This document shows positions 27,057-36,207 of a stretch of DNA of 64,000 bases, in pieces; the first letter of the stretch is position 1; each line of letters begins with the position of its first letter. The stretch is from Planctomycetota bacterium. Its GTDB lineage: Bacteria > Planctomycetota > PLA2 > JAEUHO01. A program made the position numbers and the translations under genes. The DNA is taken from NCBI GenBank assembly GCA_965223505.1, contig CBDCWP010000040.1, positions 32,001 to 96,000 on the forward strand, read 5' to 3'. The notes beneath the pieces were generated by a model. It saw nothing but the letters and a program-made list of their open reading frames with translations. It was not told the DNA's origin and searched no databases.

Positions 27057-28894
27057 GACGCGCTCCCTTCCTGCGAGAGGATCTCATCGGTGACGGTGCG
27101 GGCGTCCAACGGCAACCCGCCGTAGTAGCGAACCGAACGAAGGCGCGACACGAGCTCCGGGAACTCCGTCTGCAGCATCGTGCGCATCTGTCCGTCACGG
27201 TTCTGCTCGACGACGTACACCCGCTCGTGCGCCAGCACCCACTCGCGAATCGAATCGGCGAACGGGAACCCGCGAATCCGCAGGTAGTCCACGTCCAGGT
27301 TGTTCTCGTTGCGCAGCTGATCGCGCGACTCTTCGACGGCGTCGTCGCTCGTCCCGAACGCGATCACGCCGACCGGATTGCCCGACCCCTCGGTCACCGG
27401 GCCGGGGACCATCTCGGCGGCCGTCCCGAGCTTGCGCTTGAGGCGGTCCACGTTGAACGCGTACGCCTCGTCGCTCTCCGTGTAGCGGGCATACTCGTCG
27501 TGGCCCGAGCCGCGCGTGAAGTACGCGCCCTTGCCGCCGGGGGTCCCGGGCAGCGTCCGATAGGGAATGCCGTCGCCGTCCACGTCCTTGTAGCGGCCCC
27601 AGTCTTCGACCTCCGCCAGACCCTTCTCGTCGAGCACCTTGCCGCGGCTGATGCCGTCCTCCGGGTACTCGAAGGGCTCGGCCATCCACAGGTTCATGCC
27701 GAGATCGAGATCCGACATGACGAACACGATGGTCTGCAGGTCCTCGGCGAGATCGAGCGCCTTGCCGGCGAACTCGTACGCCTCCTCGATGTTCGCGGGA
27801 TACAGGCACGGATGCCGCGTATCGCCGTGGGAGAGATACGCCGTCGAGATGATGTCGCCCTGCATCGTGCGCGTCGGCAGGCCCGTGCTGGGCCCCGTGC
27901 GCTGCACGTTGAAGATGACGCCGGGGATCTCCGCGTAGTAGCCGAGGCCCACGAACTCCGACATCAGGCTGATGCCGGGGCCGCTGGTGGCGGTCATGGC
28001 GCGCGCGCCGGCCCAGCCGGCGCCGATGACCATGCCGACGGCCGCGAGCTCGTCTTCCGCTTGCACGATGGCGATGTTGTTCCTGCCGGTCTCGGGATCG
28101 ACCCGGTACCTCTTCGACAGGTCGATCAGCGCTTCCGTCAGGCTGGAGGACGGCGTGATCGGATACCAGGTGGCCACGGTGACGCCGCCGAAGAGCGCGC
28201 CGATCGCGCTGGCGGTGTTGCCGTCGACGAGGATCTTGCCGGAGGTCTTGTCCATGCGCTCGACGCGGAAGCGCGGGCGGCGCGACTGGATGTTCTCCTG
28301 GGCCCACTTCAGCCCGGCCTCGACGGCCTCGAGGTTGATCGTGAGCGCCTTCGGCTTCTTCGCGAACGCCTTCTCGAGCGCCTTCTTGATCTCCTCGGGG
28401 TCGATGCCGATCAGCTCCGCCACGACGCCGACGTAGATCATGTTCACCACGAGACGGCGCAGGCTGACGACCGGGCAGATGTCCTTGACGATCTTGGAGA
28501 ACGGAACGGGATAGAAGTCCACGTCCGTCCGGAGGCCGTCCAGCCGCAGCGTCTCCTCGTAGATGACGCTGGCGCCGGGGGGCACGCCTTCGACGTCTTC
28601 CTTTGCCGTCTGGCTGTTCATGCAGACGACGACGTCGATCTCCTTGCGGCGCGCGGTGTAGCCGTCCGCATTGGCGCGGATGGTGAACCACGTCGGCAAG
28701 CCGGCGATGTTGCTCGGGAAGAGGTTCTTCCCTGAGACGGGAATCCCCATCTGGAAGATGGCACGCAGAAGGGTCTGGTTGGCCGTTTGGCTACCGGACC
28801 CGTTGACGGTCGCAACCTGAATGGACAGCCGGTTGACGATCGGCTCCGCGTGTGCCGTCGGAGTGGACTCCGATGCGGTACTGGGCTCGGTCAT
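27053..28894 (-). CDS. 2-oxoacid:ferredoxin oxidoreductase alpha (gamma-alpha fusion) subunit
   Basis: 'NGSGSQTAN', 'WYPITPSS', 'QAEDELAA', 'TATSGPG', 'QRTGPSTGLPT'. Confidence 0.95.
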   Translation of the reverse strand: MTEPSTASESTPTAHAEPIVNRLSIQVATVNGSGSQTANQTLLRAIFQMGIPVSGKNLFPSNIAGLPTWFTIRANADGYTARRKEIDVVVCMNSQTAKEDVEGVPPGASVIYEETLRLDGLRTDVDFYPVPFSKIVKDICPVVSLRRLVVNMIYVGVVAELIGIDPEEIKKALEKAFAKKPKALTINLEAVEAGLKWAQENIQSRRPRFRVERMDKTSGKILVDGNTASAIGALFGGVTVATWYPITPSSSLTEALIDLSKRYRVDPETGRNNIAIVQAEDELAAVGMVIGAGWAGARAMTATSGPGISLMSEFVGLGYYAEIPGVIFNVQRTGPSTGLPTRTMQGDIISTAYLSHGDTRHPCLYPANIEEAYEFAGKALDLAEDLQTIVFVMSDLDLGMNLWMAEPFEYPEDGISRGKVLDEKGLAEVEDWGRYKDVDGDGIPYRTLPGTPGGKGAYFTRGSGHDEYARYTESDEAYAFNVDRLKRKLGTAAEMVPGPVTEGSGNPVGVIAFGTSDDAVEESRDQLRNENNLDVDYLRIRGFPFADSIREWVLAHERVYVVEQNRDGQMRTMLQTEFPELVSRLRSVRYYGGLPLDARTVTDEILSQEGSAS

Positions 28895-28932
28895 CTGGGT
28901 GTTTGCCGTTCTCGAAGGCGCGTCGCGCCTCG

Positions 28933-28963
28933 AAAAAACCGGCGGTCTCGAAACCGACCGCCG
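28933..28963 (-). terminator. Intrinsic terminator-like hairpin between xylB and the oxidoreductase alpha gene
   Basis: Minus strand CGGCGGTC-ggtttcga-GACCGCCG followed by GTTTTTT. Confidence 0.55.
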
Positions 28964-29051
28964 AACGCCGCGGATTGTACGAGCGGGGCGGACTGCGGCC
29001 CGAAAACACAGGGGGCCGTCCGGCGTTTCCGGGACGACCGCACAGCGCTGC

Positions 29052-30545
29052 TCAGCCGCCCTGCATGTGAAGACCGCGCAGCGCGTTGCGCGCCGCCCGC
29101 AGCAGCGTGCCGAGACGCTTCAAACGTTGCACCGCCGCCTCGTCGGGCGCCTCGACGGGGCCGGGCTGTACCCACGCCGCGGCCAGGTCCGGGATCGTGG
29201 TGTCGGGGCGCGTCATGCACGCAGCGAGCATCGCCGCACCCTGAGCGGGCCCTTCACGATGCGCGACCTGGCGCACCGGCACGCCCGCCGCCGCGGCGAT
29301 CAGTCCTCTCCAGAGGGAGGAGGTCGCGCCGCCGGAAGTGAGCCGCAGCTCCTCCACCTTCACGCCGGCCGCGCGCATCAGAAGCAGGACTTCGGCGATC
29401 GAGAGCGCGACGCCCTCGAGCACGGCCCGCGCGAGATGCCCGCGCGTGTGGATCGGCCGCAGCCCGACGAACGCGCCTGTCGCGAGCGGGTCGACCACGG
29501 GGCTGCGCTCGCCGACGAGTCCGGGCAGAAAGACCAACGGCGCCGGCGCGGGGTCGCTCGCACGGGCCGCCTCGATCACGTTGGCCATGGACGTGTCCCG
29601 CGCGAACGCCGTCTTGCGGATCCACTCGAGCGAACGCCCCGCCGAGAGGATCGTGCCGGTCGCCGCGTATCCGGTGGGCAGCACGTGCCGGTTCCACACC
29701 AGCCCGCCCGCCGTGCTGCGGTACTGATGCCAGCCGACGACGGTGCCGGACGTTCCGAGGATCACCGCGACCACGCCGCCGCCGACCGGGCCGCACGCCA
29801 GCGCAGCCGTCTCGTTGTCGCCCGCCCCGGCGGCGACCGGTGTCCCGACGGGGAGCCCGGTGGCCGCCGCGCCGTCCTCGTCGACGACGCCCGCCTCCTG
29901 CGCCGGAGCGTGGACGGGCGGCAGCCACGAACGCGCGAGATCGAAGATCGGTGTGAGGGTTTGCGACCACGTGTTGCGGCGGAAGTCGAACAGCTGTGTC
30001 GCCGACGCCTCCGTGCGATCGGTTGCGTACGTGCCCGTCAGGCGCAACCGGATCCAGTCCTTCGCGAAGACGAGGCGTGCGGTGCGCTCGGCGATGTCCG
30101 GATGGCGCCGCGACAGGTAGAGCCATTTCGGTAGCAACAGCCCGGGCAGCGCGTGCGCGCCCGCGCGCCGGCCGGCGGCGGGATAGATCGATCGAATTTC
30201 GTTCGCCTCCGCGTGCGCCCGTCCGTCCGCCCACAGCATCGCGCGACAGAGCGGTCGGCCGTTCGCATCGAGCGGAAGGAGTGCGTGCTTTTGCCCGGTC
30301 AAGCCCACGGCACGGATCCGCGCCTTCGGTGCGCTCGCAAGACAGCGCTGGATCGCGGCGACGGTCGCCTGCCACCAACCCTCCGCGTCCTGCTCCGCCT
30401 GCAGCGGCGCGTCCATCACCAGCTTCAGACCTTCCGCGGCCGACGCGAGCGTCGCGCCCCGCGCGTCGACGATGAGCGCCTTCACCGCCGACGTGCCGAC
30501 GTCGACGCCCAGGAAGGCCTCGTTTTTGGAGCGGCGTCCCCTCAC
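29052..30545 (-). CDS. xylB: FGGY carbohydrate kinase, xylulokinase-like
   Basis: 'LGVDVGTSAVKA', 'LWADGR', 'KDWIRLRLTG', 'GAGDN', 'GTSG', 'LVGERSP', 'RAVLEGV'; the exact substrate is not certain. Confidence 0.8.
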   Translation of the reverse strand: MRGRRSKNEAFLGVDVGTSAVKALIVDARGATLASAAEGLKLVMDAPLQAEQDAEGWWQATVAAIQRCLASAPKARIRAVGLTGQKHALLPLDANGRPLCRAMLWADGRAHAEANEIRSIYPAAGRRAGAHALPGLLLPKWLYLSRRHPDIAERTARLVFAKDWIRLRLTGTYATDRTEASATQLFDFRRNTWSQTLTPIFDLARSWLPPVHAPAQEAGVVDEDGAAATGLPVGTPVAAGAGDNETAALACGPVGGGVVAVILGTSGTVVGWHQYRSTAGGLVWNRHVLPTGYAATGTILSAGRSLEWIRKTAFARDTSMANVIEAARASDPAPAPLVFLPGLVGERSPVVDPLATGAFVGLRPIHTRGHLARAVLEGVALSIAEVLLLMRAAGVKVEELRLTSGGATSSLWRGLIAAAAGVPVRQVAHREGPAQGAAMLAACMTRPDTTIPDLAAAWVQPGPVEAPDEAAVQRLKRLGTLLRAARNALRGLHMQGG

Positions 30546-30589
30546 GCGCGCACGGTAGCCCCGACGTGCGGCGTCTACAATGCGGGGCC

Positions 30590-31540
30590 ATGTTCCGGCG
30601 GACCCTTTCAGCTCTCTTGCTCGTCGCGACCGCGGCGCCGTTGCATGGCTGCGGCGAGAAAGAGGACGTGCCGCTCCCGCCGCGCCGGCCGATCCGCATC
30701 GGCGCCGGACTCGACCAGAACACGGTGCTGCCCGACGGCCTCCGGCGCAAGACGGTGCTCACGCGCAGCTACAAGCTCGGCGAGAACACCGTCAACATGC
30801 ACGCGGAACCGTTCTCGCTGCGCCGCTTCGATCTCGAGGAGCCCGTCTGGATCGTCCGCTGGCAGTCCAACACGGAGAACGAGGACGGAACGCGCGCGCC
30901 GGACGACATCCACTGCCACACGATCATGGCGAACATGCCGGTCGTGCAGGAGGATTCGCAGCTGTTCCTCGGGCTCTTCACCGACGGGTTCGTGCCGAGG
31001 TTCGTGCTTCCGGAGGGCTTCGCGATTCGCATCGACCCGAGCGAGCGCATCTTCTTCCAGCCGATGTTCAACAACCGTCGCCCGACACCGCGGCACGCGC
31101 GCATGCGCCTCGAGGTCGACTACCTGCTCGACTCCGAGCGCAAGCGCGAGCTCGTCGCGCTGCAGTCGTTCAACATCAGTGCGCACATTCCCGAGCTCTA
31201 CTGGATCGAGCCGTACGAGACCGACACCCAGTCACGCATCATCGAGATGCCCGTTACGGGCCGCATTCACGCCATCGGCGCGCACCTGCACCCTTTCGGA
31301 AAGTCGGTGGAGCTGCGGCGCGAACGTGACCAGAAGGTGCAATTCATTGCCGTCATGGACGACGACGGTCCGATCGAAGACCAGCGGCTGAGCACGTACA
31401 GCTCGACGACGGGGTTCTTCGTTCGCCGCGGCGAGCGCTACCGCATCACCGGGGTCTACGAGAACACCTCGGAAGAACGCGTCGACGCAATGGCCGGCTT
31501 CTTCTTCCTGTACGATCCCAAGGGCAAGCCGGACGCATGA
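30590..31540 (+). CDS. Lipoprotein resembling copper type II (PHM/DBH-like) monooxygenase
   Basis: Lipobox LHGC; 'DIHCH', 'LPEGFAIRI', 'AIGAHLHPFG' (HxH), 'VYENT....VDAMA' (Met). Confidence 0.55.
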   Translation: MFRRTLSALLLVATAAPLHGCGEKEDVPLPPRRPIRIGAGLDQNTVLPDGLRRKTVLTRSYKLGENTVNMHAEPFSLRRFDLEEPVWIVRWQSNTENEDGTRAPDDIHCHTIMANMPVVQEDSQLFLGLFTDGFVPRFVLPEGFAIRIDPSERIFFQPMFNNRRPTPRHARMRLEVDYLLDSERKRELVALQSFNISAHIPELYWIEPYETDTQSRIIEMPVTGRIHAIGAHLHPFGKSVELRRERDQKVQFIAVMDDDGPIEDQRLSTYSSTTGFFVRRGERYRITGVYENTSEERVDAMAGFFFLYDPKGKPDA

Positions 31541-32157
31541 CCGCGACGCGCCGCCGCTACGTGCTGGGCGTCTCGCTGGTCGTGTTGGCCGCCGCGCTCC
31601 TCGTGCCGACTCTGCTGCGCGACAACGAGCCCAAGACGCTCGACGTCGAGACGCTTTCGATCGGCGACAGCGTATCGGCGCTGTACACGCTCACCGACCA
31701 GGACGAGCTGGAGCGCATCGAGGTCGGCGCGGGTGAAGTGTCGGTGGTGTGGTTCTGGAGTGTGTTGTGCGCGTGCGTCGGCGACTGCGAGCAACGCATC
31801 CGCACGCTGCTCGAGCGCTACGAGGGCAAGCAAGTCCGCTTCGTCGCCATCGACTCGAACCCGAACGACGCGCGCGAGGACATCGAGAGGCTTCGTAAGA
31901 AGCTCGGATCCCGGTACCCGGTGCGGCGGGACTACCACGGCGCCACGGCGATCTCGCTGGGGATCACAGCGTCGGCGTCGGTGGCCGTGATCGACGGCGA
32001 GGGCCGCTTGCGCTTTCGGGGCGCGATCGACGACGACCTGTACGAGCCCACCGTCTCGTACGTGCACCGTGCGATCGACGGGATTCTGTCCGGCGCGACG
32101 TTCGAGCCCACCGAGGCGAAACCGTACGGCTGCCTCTACCCGTACTCGCCACAGTAG
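31537..32157 (+). CDS. Membrane-anchored redoxin (AhpC/TSA-like thioredoxin fold)
   Basis: N-terminal TM, 'FWSVLCACV', 'FVAIDSN', 'LRFRGAIDD', C-terminal 'PYGC'; ATGA overlap with the upstream gene. Confidence 0.85.
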   Translation: MTATRRRYVLGVSLVVLAAALLVPTLLRDNEPKTLDVETLSIGDSVSALYTLTDQDELERIEVGAGEVSVVWFWSVLCACVGDCEQRIRTLLERYEGKQVRFVAIDSNPNDAREDIERLRKKLGSRYPVRRDYHGATAISLGITASASVAVIDGEGRLRFRGAIDDDLYEPTVSYVHRAIDGILSGATFEPTEAKPYGCLYPYSPQ

Positions 32158-32163
32158 CGCCTG

Positions 32164-32973
32164 CTATTCGACGGCGATCAGCTCGACCACGAACGTCAGG
32201 TCCGAATACGGCGGGATGTTCCCCTTGTCCTGCTCGCGATAGGCCAGATGCCACGGAATCCAGAGCTTGCGGGTGCCTCCGACCTTCATGCCGGGGATCC
32301 CCAACACCCAGCCGTCGATGAGCCCGCCCTTCTTCAGCGTCGACGTGAACGGCGCGTCTCGCTTGTAGCTCGAGTCGAAGACCGTCCCGTCTGCGAGCTT
32401 GCCGAGATAGTGAACGGTGATCTTGTCACCGACCTTCGCCACGTCACCGACACCGACGCGTATGTCTTCGCGTTCGAGCTGAACCCACTCGACGTCGATG
32501 ATCATGTTGCCGCCCGGCGAATTCTTGTCGCGGCGAAGGTTGCCGCGGTTGAGCTCCGCGGGGATCAGCAGCCGGCGCAGCTCACGCAGGCGGGCCCCCT
32601 CCATGCCCTCGCTCAGACCCTTGATCCAACGCGACCCGCCGGGCACGAAGTTCGCGACGGCGGCGCGGTCGACGCGCAGCCCGGTCACGAAGTAGGCCGC
32701 GTAACGGATGTTCATGGCGCGGCCCTTCCCGATCGGTTCGCCCTTGCCCGGGGTCATGACGTGCACGTGCGCGCCGCTCGGCGTCACGAACTTGCGCAGC
32801 GGCTCGCCCAGGTCGGGCACGTTGGCGAGATTCCAGGTGCCGGGATCGCTGCTCGCCGCCGGATCGATCGGCGCATCGGGAAGGCCGCTCGGTTCCGTCT
32901 CGCTCTCCTCCGAGCAGGCAACGAGCAGAACCGCGAAGACGACGGGCAGGAGGATTCGCACGTGCGGGATCAT
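32164..32973 (-). CDS. Lipoprotein FKBP-type peptidyl-prolyl isomerase with two FKBP domains
   Basis: Lipobox LVAC; degenerate first domain, canonical second domain 'VHYLGKL.DGTVFDSS', 'GMKVGGTRKLWIP..LAY', 'IPPYSDLTFVVEL'. Confidence 0.9.
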   Translation of the reverse strand: MIPHVRILLPVVFAVLLVACSEESETEPSGLPDAPIDPAASSDPGTWNLANVPDLGEPLRKFVTPSGAHVHVMTPGKGEPIGKGRAMNIRYAAYFVTGLRVDRAAVANFVPGGSRWIKGLSEGMEGARLRELRRLLIPAELNRGNLRRDKNSPGGNMIIDVEWVQLEREDIRVGVGDVAKVGDKITVHYLGKLADGTVFDSSYKRDAPFTSTLKKGGLIDGWVLGIPGMKVGGTRKLWIPWHLAYREQDKGNIPPYSDLTFVVELIAVE

Positions 32974-34001
32974 GCCGCCCCCTGCTCACCGAGGGAAGCG
33001 ACCACGGCGTCCTCCGCTTCGTAGTCGAACATGCCCTCGGGAATCGGATCCGGCGGGTTTTCGCGCTCCCATGCCACGGTGCGGCAAAACGCCTCTCGGC
33101 GATCGACGGGCTCGACGAATCCGAGCTCGGCGCGAATCCGATCGGTGGAGCAGACGAGGTGGTGGCGCACGTCGAACGACGCCTGCAGCGACTTCGGAAG
33201 CGCTTCCTTGGGGAGGCAGACGAGCTCGCCGCTCCAGTCCAGTTCGCGCTGTACGTAGCGAACGGCGTCCATCATGGTGATCGAGCCGTCGGCGACGTTG
33301 TAGATGCCGCCCGCCGCGCGCTCGTCCGTACACGCCAGCGCCATGGCCGCCGCGACGTTCTCGACGAAGCCGTAGGTGAAGTTCCATCGGGCGAAACCGG
33401 TCTGCATCACGATGTGCGGTCGGTTGTCGAGCATCGGCCGAATGAAGGGATACAGCCGGTGTTGGTAGTCGTTCGGACCGATGACCATCGGCAGCCGCAG
33501 GACCGTGCCGGAGAGATCGCCGCACTGCATCACCGCGCGCTCGGCCGGGATCTTGTCGTATTGATAGCGGGGGTCTTCGGGACCTTCCGCATCGTCGCGA
33601 TACGGGAACCAACGCTCGCGCAGCGGTCCGTCCTCGGCGACGACCTCGTCGCGCGGCTCGCCGCTCTCCAGGCCGAGAAGGCAGCCGAACGTGTGGTACA
33701 CATCCATGCTGCTGACCATGACGACGCGCTGAGCGACACCACGAAACGCGTCGAGCATCTGCAGCGCGTGATGCTCGGTGCTGATGACGTTGTGCAGGAC
33801 GACGTCGGGCGCGAGCTTCTCGAAGTCGGGTCGGTTTTCAGTCAGCCGGCCGCGATCGACGCGCAGGAAGTCGACGCCTTCGGGCGGGGTGCCGTTGCTC
33901 TGGCCGCGGTTCGCAATCGTCACGTCGTGGCCGAGGTCGACGAGTCGTCGCACGAGAGCCGTGCCGATGAACTTCGTCCCGCCGATGACGAGAATCTTCA
34001 T
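32970..34001 (-). CDS. NAD-dependent epimerase/dehydratase family (atypical SDR)
   Basis: 'ILVIGGTKFIG', 'SSMDVY', YxK 'YDKIPAE'. Confidence 0.88.
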   Translation of the reverse strand: MKILVIGGTKFIGTALVRRLVDLGHDVTIANRGQSNGTPPEGVDFLRVDRGRLTENRPDFEKLAPDVVLHNVISTEHHALQMLDAFRGVAQRVVMVSSMDVYHTFGCLLGLESGEPRDEVVAEDGPLRERWFPYRDDAEGPEDPRYQYDKIPAERAVMQCGDLSGTVLRLPMVIGPNDYQHRLYPFIRPMLDNRPHIVMQTGFARWNFTYGFVENVAAAMALACTDERAAGGIYNVADGSITMMDAVRYVQRELDWSGELVCLPKEALPKSLQASFDVRHHLVCSTDRIRAELGFVEPVDRREAFCRTVAWERENPPDPIPEGMFDYEAEDAVVASLGEQGAA

Positions 34002-34103
34002 GCGCCGCTTCCGCCGTGTTCGCCGTGCCCGCTTCGATCGTACGACCGATTCGCGCGGTGAACAGGGCCGCGACCGGCGTAGAGGCGGTCGAGGCGCGCG
34101 AGC

Positions 34104-35612
34104 TCAGCGGCGGTGAAACTCGTCGACGCTGACGACTTCGCCGTTCACCTCGACGGCCTGCAAGCCGGTCTGCTCCCACTCGGGCGCGTCGGCTGCCTGG
34201 GCGAAGAGGACGTACTGGCGGCGCACCTCGTCCGGCGCGTCGCGCGCGGCGGCGCCCGTGCGCACGGTCTCGTACACGGCGCAGTCACGCCATCGAAGCC
34301 CCCGCTGGTCCATGAGCTGCTCGAGCCGCGACACCACGGGCGACGGCTCGGAGCGCGCCGCCTGCGGAACGCTGTACGCGGCGTTGGCCAGCAGGTTCCG
34401 GCCGGCCTCCACCAGGGTCGACCGGCGGTCTGAGCGGCCTTCCGCTGGATCCGCCTGCGTGTCGCCCCGCGTCGCGCCGGGCGCGAGCACGGCCACGGGA
34501 TGAATCGAGGGGTCCCCGAGCACGTTGAACTGCCCGATCGTGGTCAGGTCGAACGGCCCCATGTCGGGCCGCAGCTTCACGTAGTCGTGGCGGGCTTGGA
34601 GGAGCGCGCGTCCCTGCGAACAACCGTCGAGCAGGTACTTCAGGACGAGCTGGCAGATGAGATCGGCGCCTGCTGTGCCGTTGGGCGTCCCCCACGCGAC
34701 GGTCGTCGACCCCATGAAGCCGTAGGCGCCCGCCGCCAGGTAGGCGTTGGGCATCGGCAACGGACCGGAGCCCAACACCGGGTAGAGCTGCGTCCCGTGA
34801 CAGCACTCGGTGATCACCATCGTGCCGGGCTGCGCTTCGTCGATGACGAGCGTCGCGTCGTGGGCGATCGGCGGCGCCGGGGGCCGCTCCGCGGCCTCGC
34901 CGATGAACTTCGGCGACCCCTGTTGCCCGTGGCAGTTGATGTAGTGAAGCCGCTTCTTCCAGACCTTCTGCTCCCACTGCGGCCCGTCCGGTGGCGAAAG
35001 CCGGAAGTCGCCGACGCTCTGCGCCGTCTTCTCCAGACTGGCCTTCGTGGACGCCTTCCAGACGTCCGCGCTCACGGTGAACGCGTCGGAGTACACGTCA
35101 CGGTCGTCCGGTGACCACTCCGCACACGTGCCGAGCAGCTTCAAGATGTACTCGACGTCCTTCCTGGCGTTGACGTCCGGCAGACGGGTGACGACGCGCG
35201 TCGGGCCCAGGAAGTCGTGGATCTTCGTCGAGTACGGGGCGTTGCAGGCGTACGGCAGGTCGCTCAACACGATCTTGGATGCGGCCTTCTGGTCGAGAAG
35301 CACGTTCTCGAGCTCCTGGTACGGAACGACGTCCGGCGCACCCAGCAGCATGAGGTAGTCGGGCTCCATGGTGGCGGCGGCGGCGTCCACCGCGTTCTTG
35401 ACCTGCTTCGGCGACGAGCTGTCCGAGATCGGCTCCAGGGAGACGCCCGCCAGCGTCCTGGCATCGTCGAGCGCGATGAAGCGTGTTGTCAGGCCGCGCT
35501 CCTTGTCGGCCAGGACGAGGGCCTTTACAGCGCCGAGGACCCTCTCGTACCCTTCGTCCCCGTACTTCGTTCGCAGTGGACCTGCGTTGGTGATGATCAA
35601 CTTGATCGACAT
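34104..35612 (-). CDS. Peptidase C25 (gingipain-like, clan CD) cysteine protease with no signal peptide
   Basis: 'YLMLLGAPDVVPY', 'SDLPYAC', 'VTRLPD', catalytic His 'YINCHG', Cys 'TECCHG', 'GFMGSTTVAWG', 'FNVLGDPS'. Confidence 0.8.
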   Translation of the reverse strand: MSIKLIITNAGPLRTKYGDEGYERVLGAVKALVLADKERGLTTRFIALDDARTLAGVSLEPISDSSSPKQVKNAVDAAAATMEPDYLMLLGAPDVVPYQELENVLLDQKAASKIVLSDLPYACNAPYSTKIHDFLGPTRVVTRLPDVNARKDVEYILKLLGTCAEWSPDDRDVYSDAFTVSADVWKASTKASLEKTAQSVGDFRLSPPDGPQWEQKVWKKRLHYINCHGQQGSPKFIGEAAERPPAPPIAHDATLVIDEAQPGTMVITECCHGTQLYPVLGSGPLPMPNAYLAAGAYGFMGSTTVAWGTPNGTAGADLICQLVLKYLLDGCSQGRALLQARHDYVKLRPDMGPFDLTTIGQFNVLGDPSIHPVAVLAPGATRGDTQADPAEGRSDRRSTLVEAGRNLLANAAYSVPQAARSEPSPVVSRLEQLMDQRGLRWRDCAVYETVRTGAAARDAPDEVRRQYVLFAQAADAPEWEQTGLQAVEVNGEVVSVDEFHRR

Positions 35613-35795
35613 CGGGGAGCTCCAAGGAGTGCGAAGGTAGGGGAAACACCCATTGGAGAACAAGTCTCCTCGCTCCGACGCAGTCGGGTGAAATGCGGTA
35701 GATCGCATTCCGCCCGATGCACTGTCGGCACGAGGCCCGACTCGCGGTGCGAGCGCGTGACGCGTCCGTATCGCGCTCCACCTCTGGAGAATCGA

Positions 35796-36152
35796 ATGTC
35801 TGATTTCACACCCAAGGACGCGCCGAACTTCGGTGGGCTCGACTACGAAGATGCCGAAAGCCGGCCGGCCGACAGAGTGATCTTGAGGATCCCGCCCGAC
35901 AACATGGTGCCCGTCGGCCAGGACGTGCAGCCGGGACAGACGGCGAGCGCTCAGCCGAACCAAGAGAACGTCTTGGGGTTCGAGCTGTTCGTGGAGAAGC
36001 AGGGATCGTGGACGAAGTTCACCGCCCAGTCGCAGGCGCCGATCGAGTTCTCGAGCGTTCACGACATGGGCGAGCAGGCTCAGATCGTGATCAACGGCGG
36101 CCCGCCCCAGCCGGTGCCGGCCGAACCCACACCCCCGCCCCCGGGCATTTAA
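35796..36152 (+). CDS. Small acidic hypothetical protein with a Pro-rich C-terminus (118 aa)
   Basis: GGAG Shine-Dalgarno before ATG; protein-like composition; fills the gap between the C25 and CHAT genes. Confidence 0.65.
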   Translation: MSDFTPKDAPNFGGLDYEDAESRPADRVILRIPPDNMVPVGQDVQPGQTASAQPNQENVLGFELFVEKQGSWTKFTAQSQAPIEFSSVHDMGEQAQIVINGGPPQPVPAEPTPPPPGI

Positions 36153-36207
36153 TCGACCCGAGGCGCCCTCGCACCCGCGGGGGCGCCCGGATATCAGGTA
36201 CGGAAGC

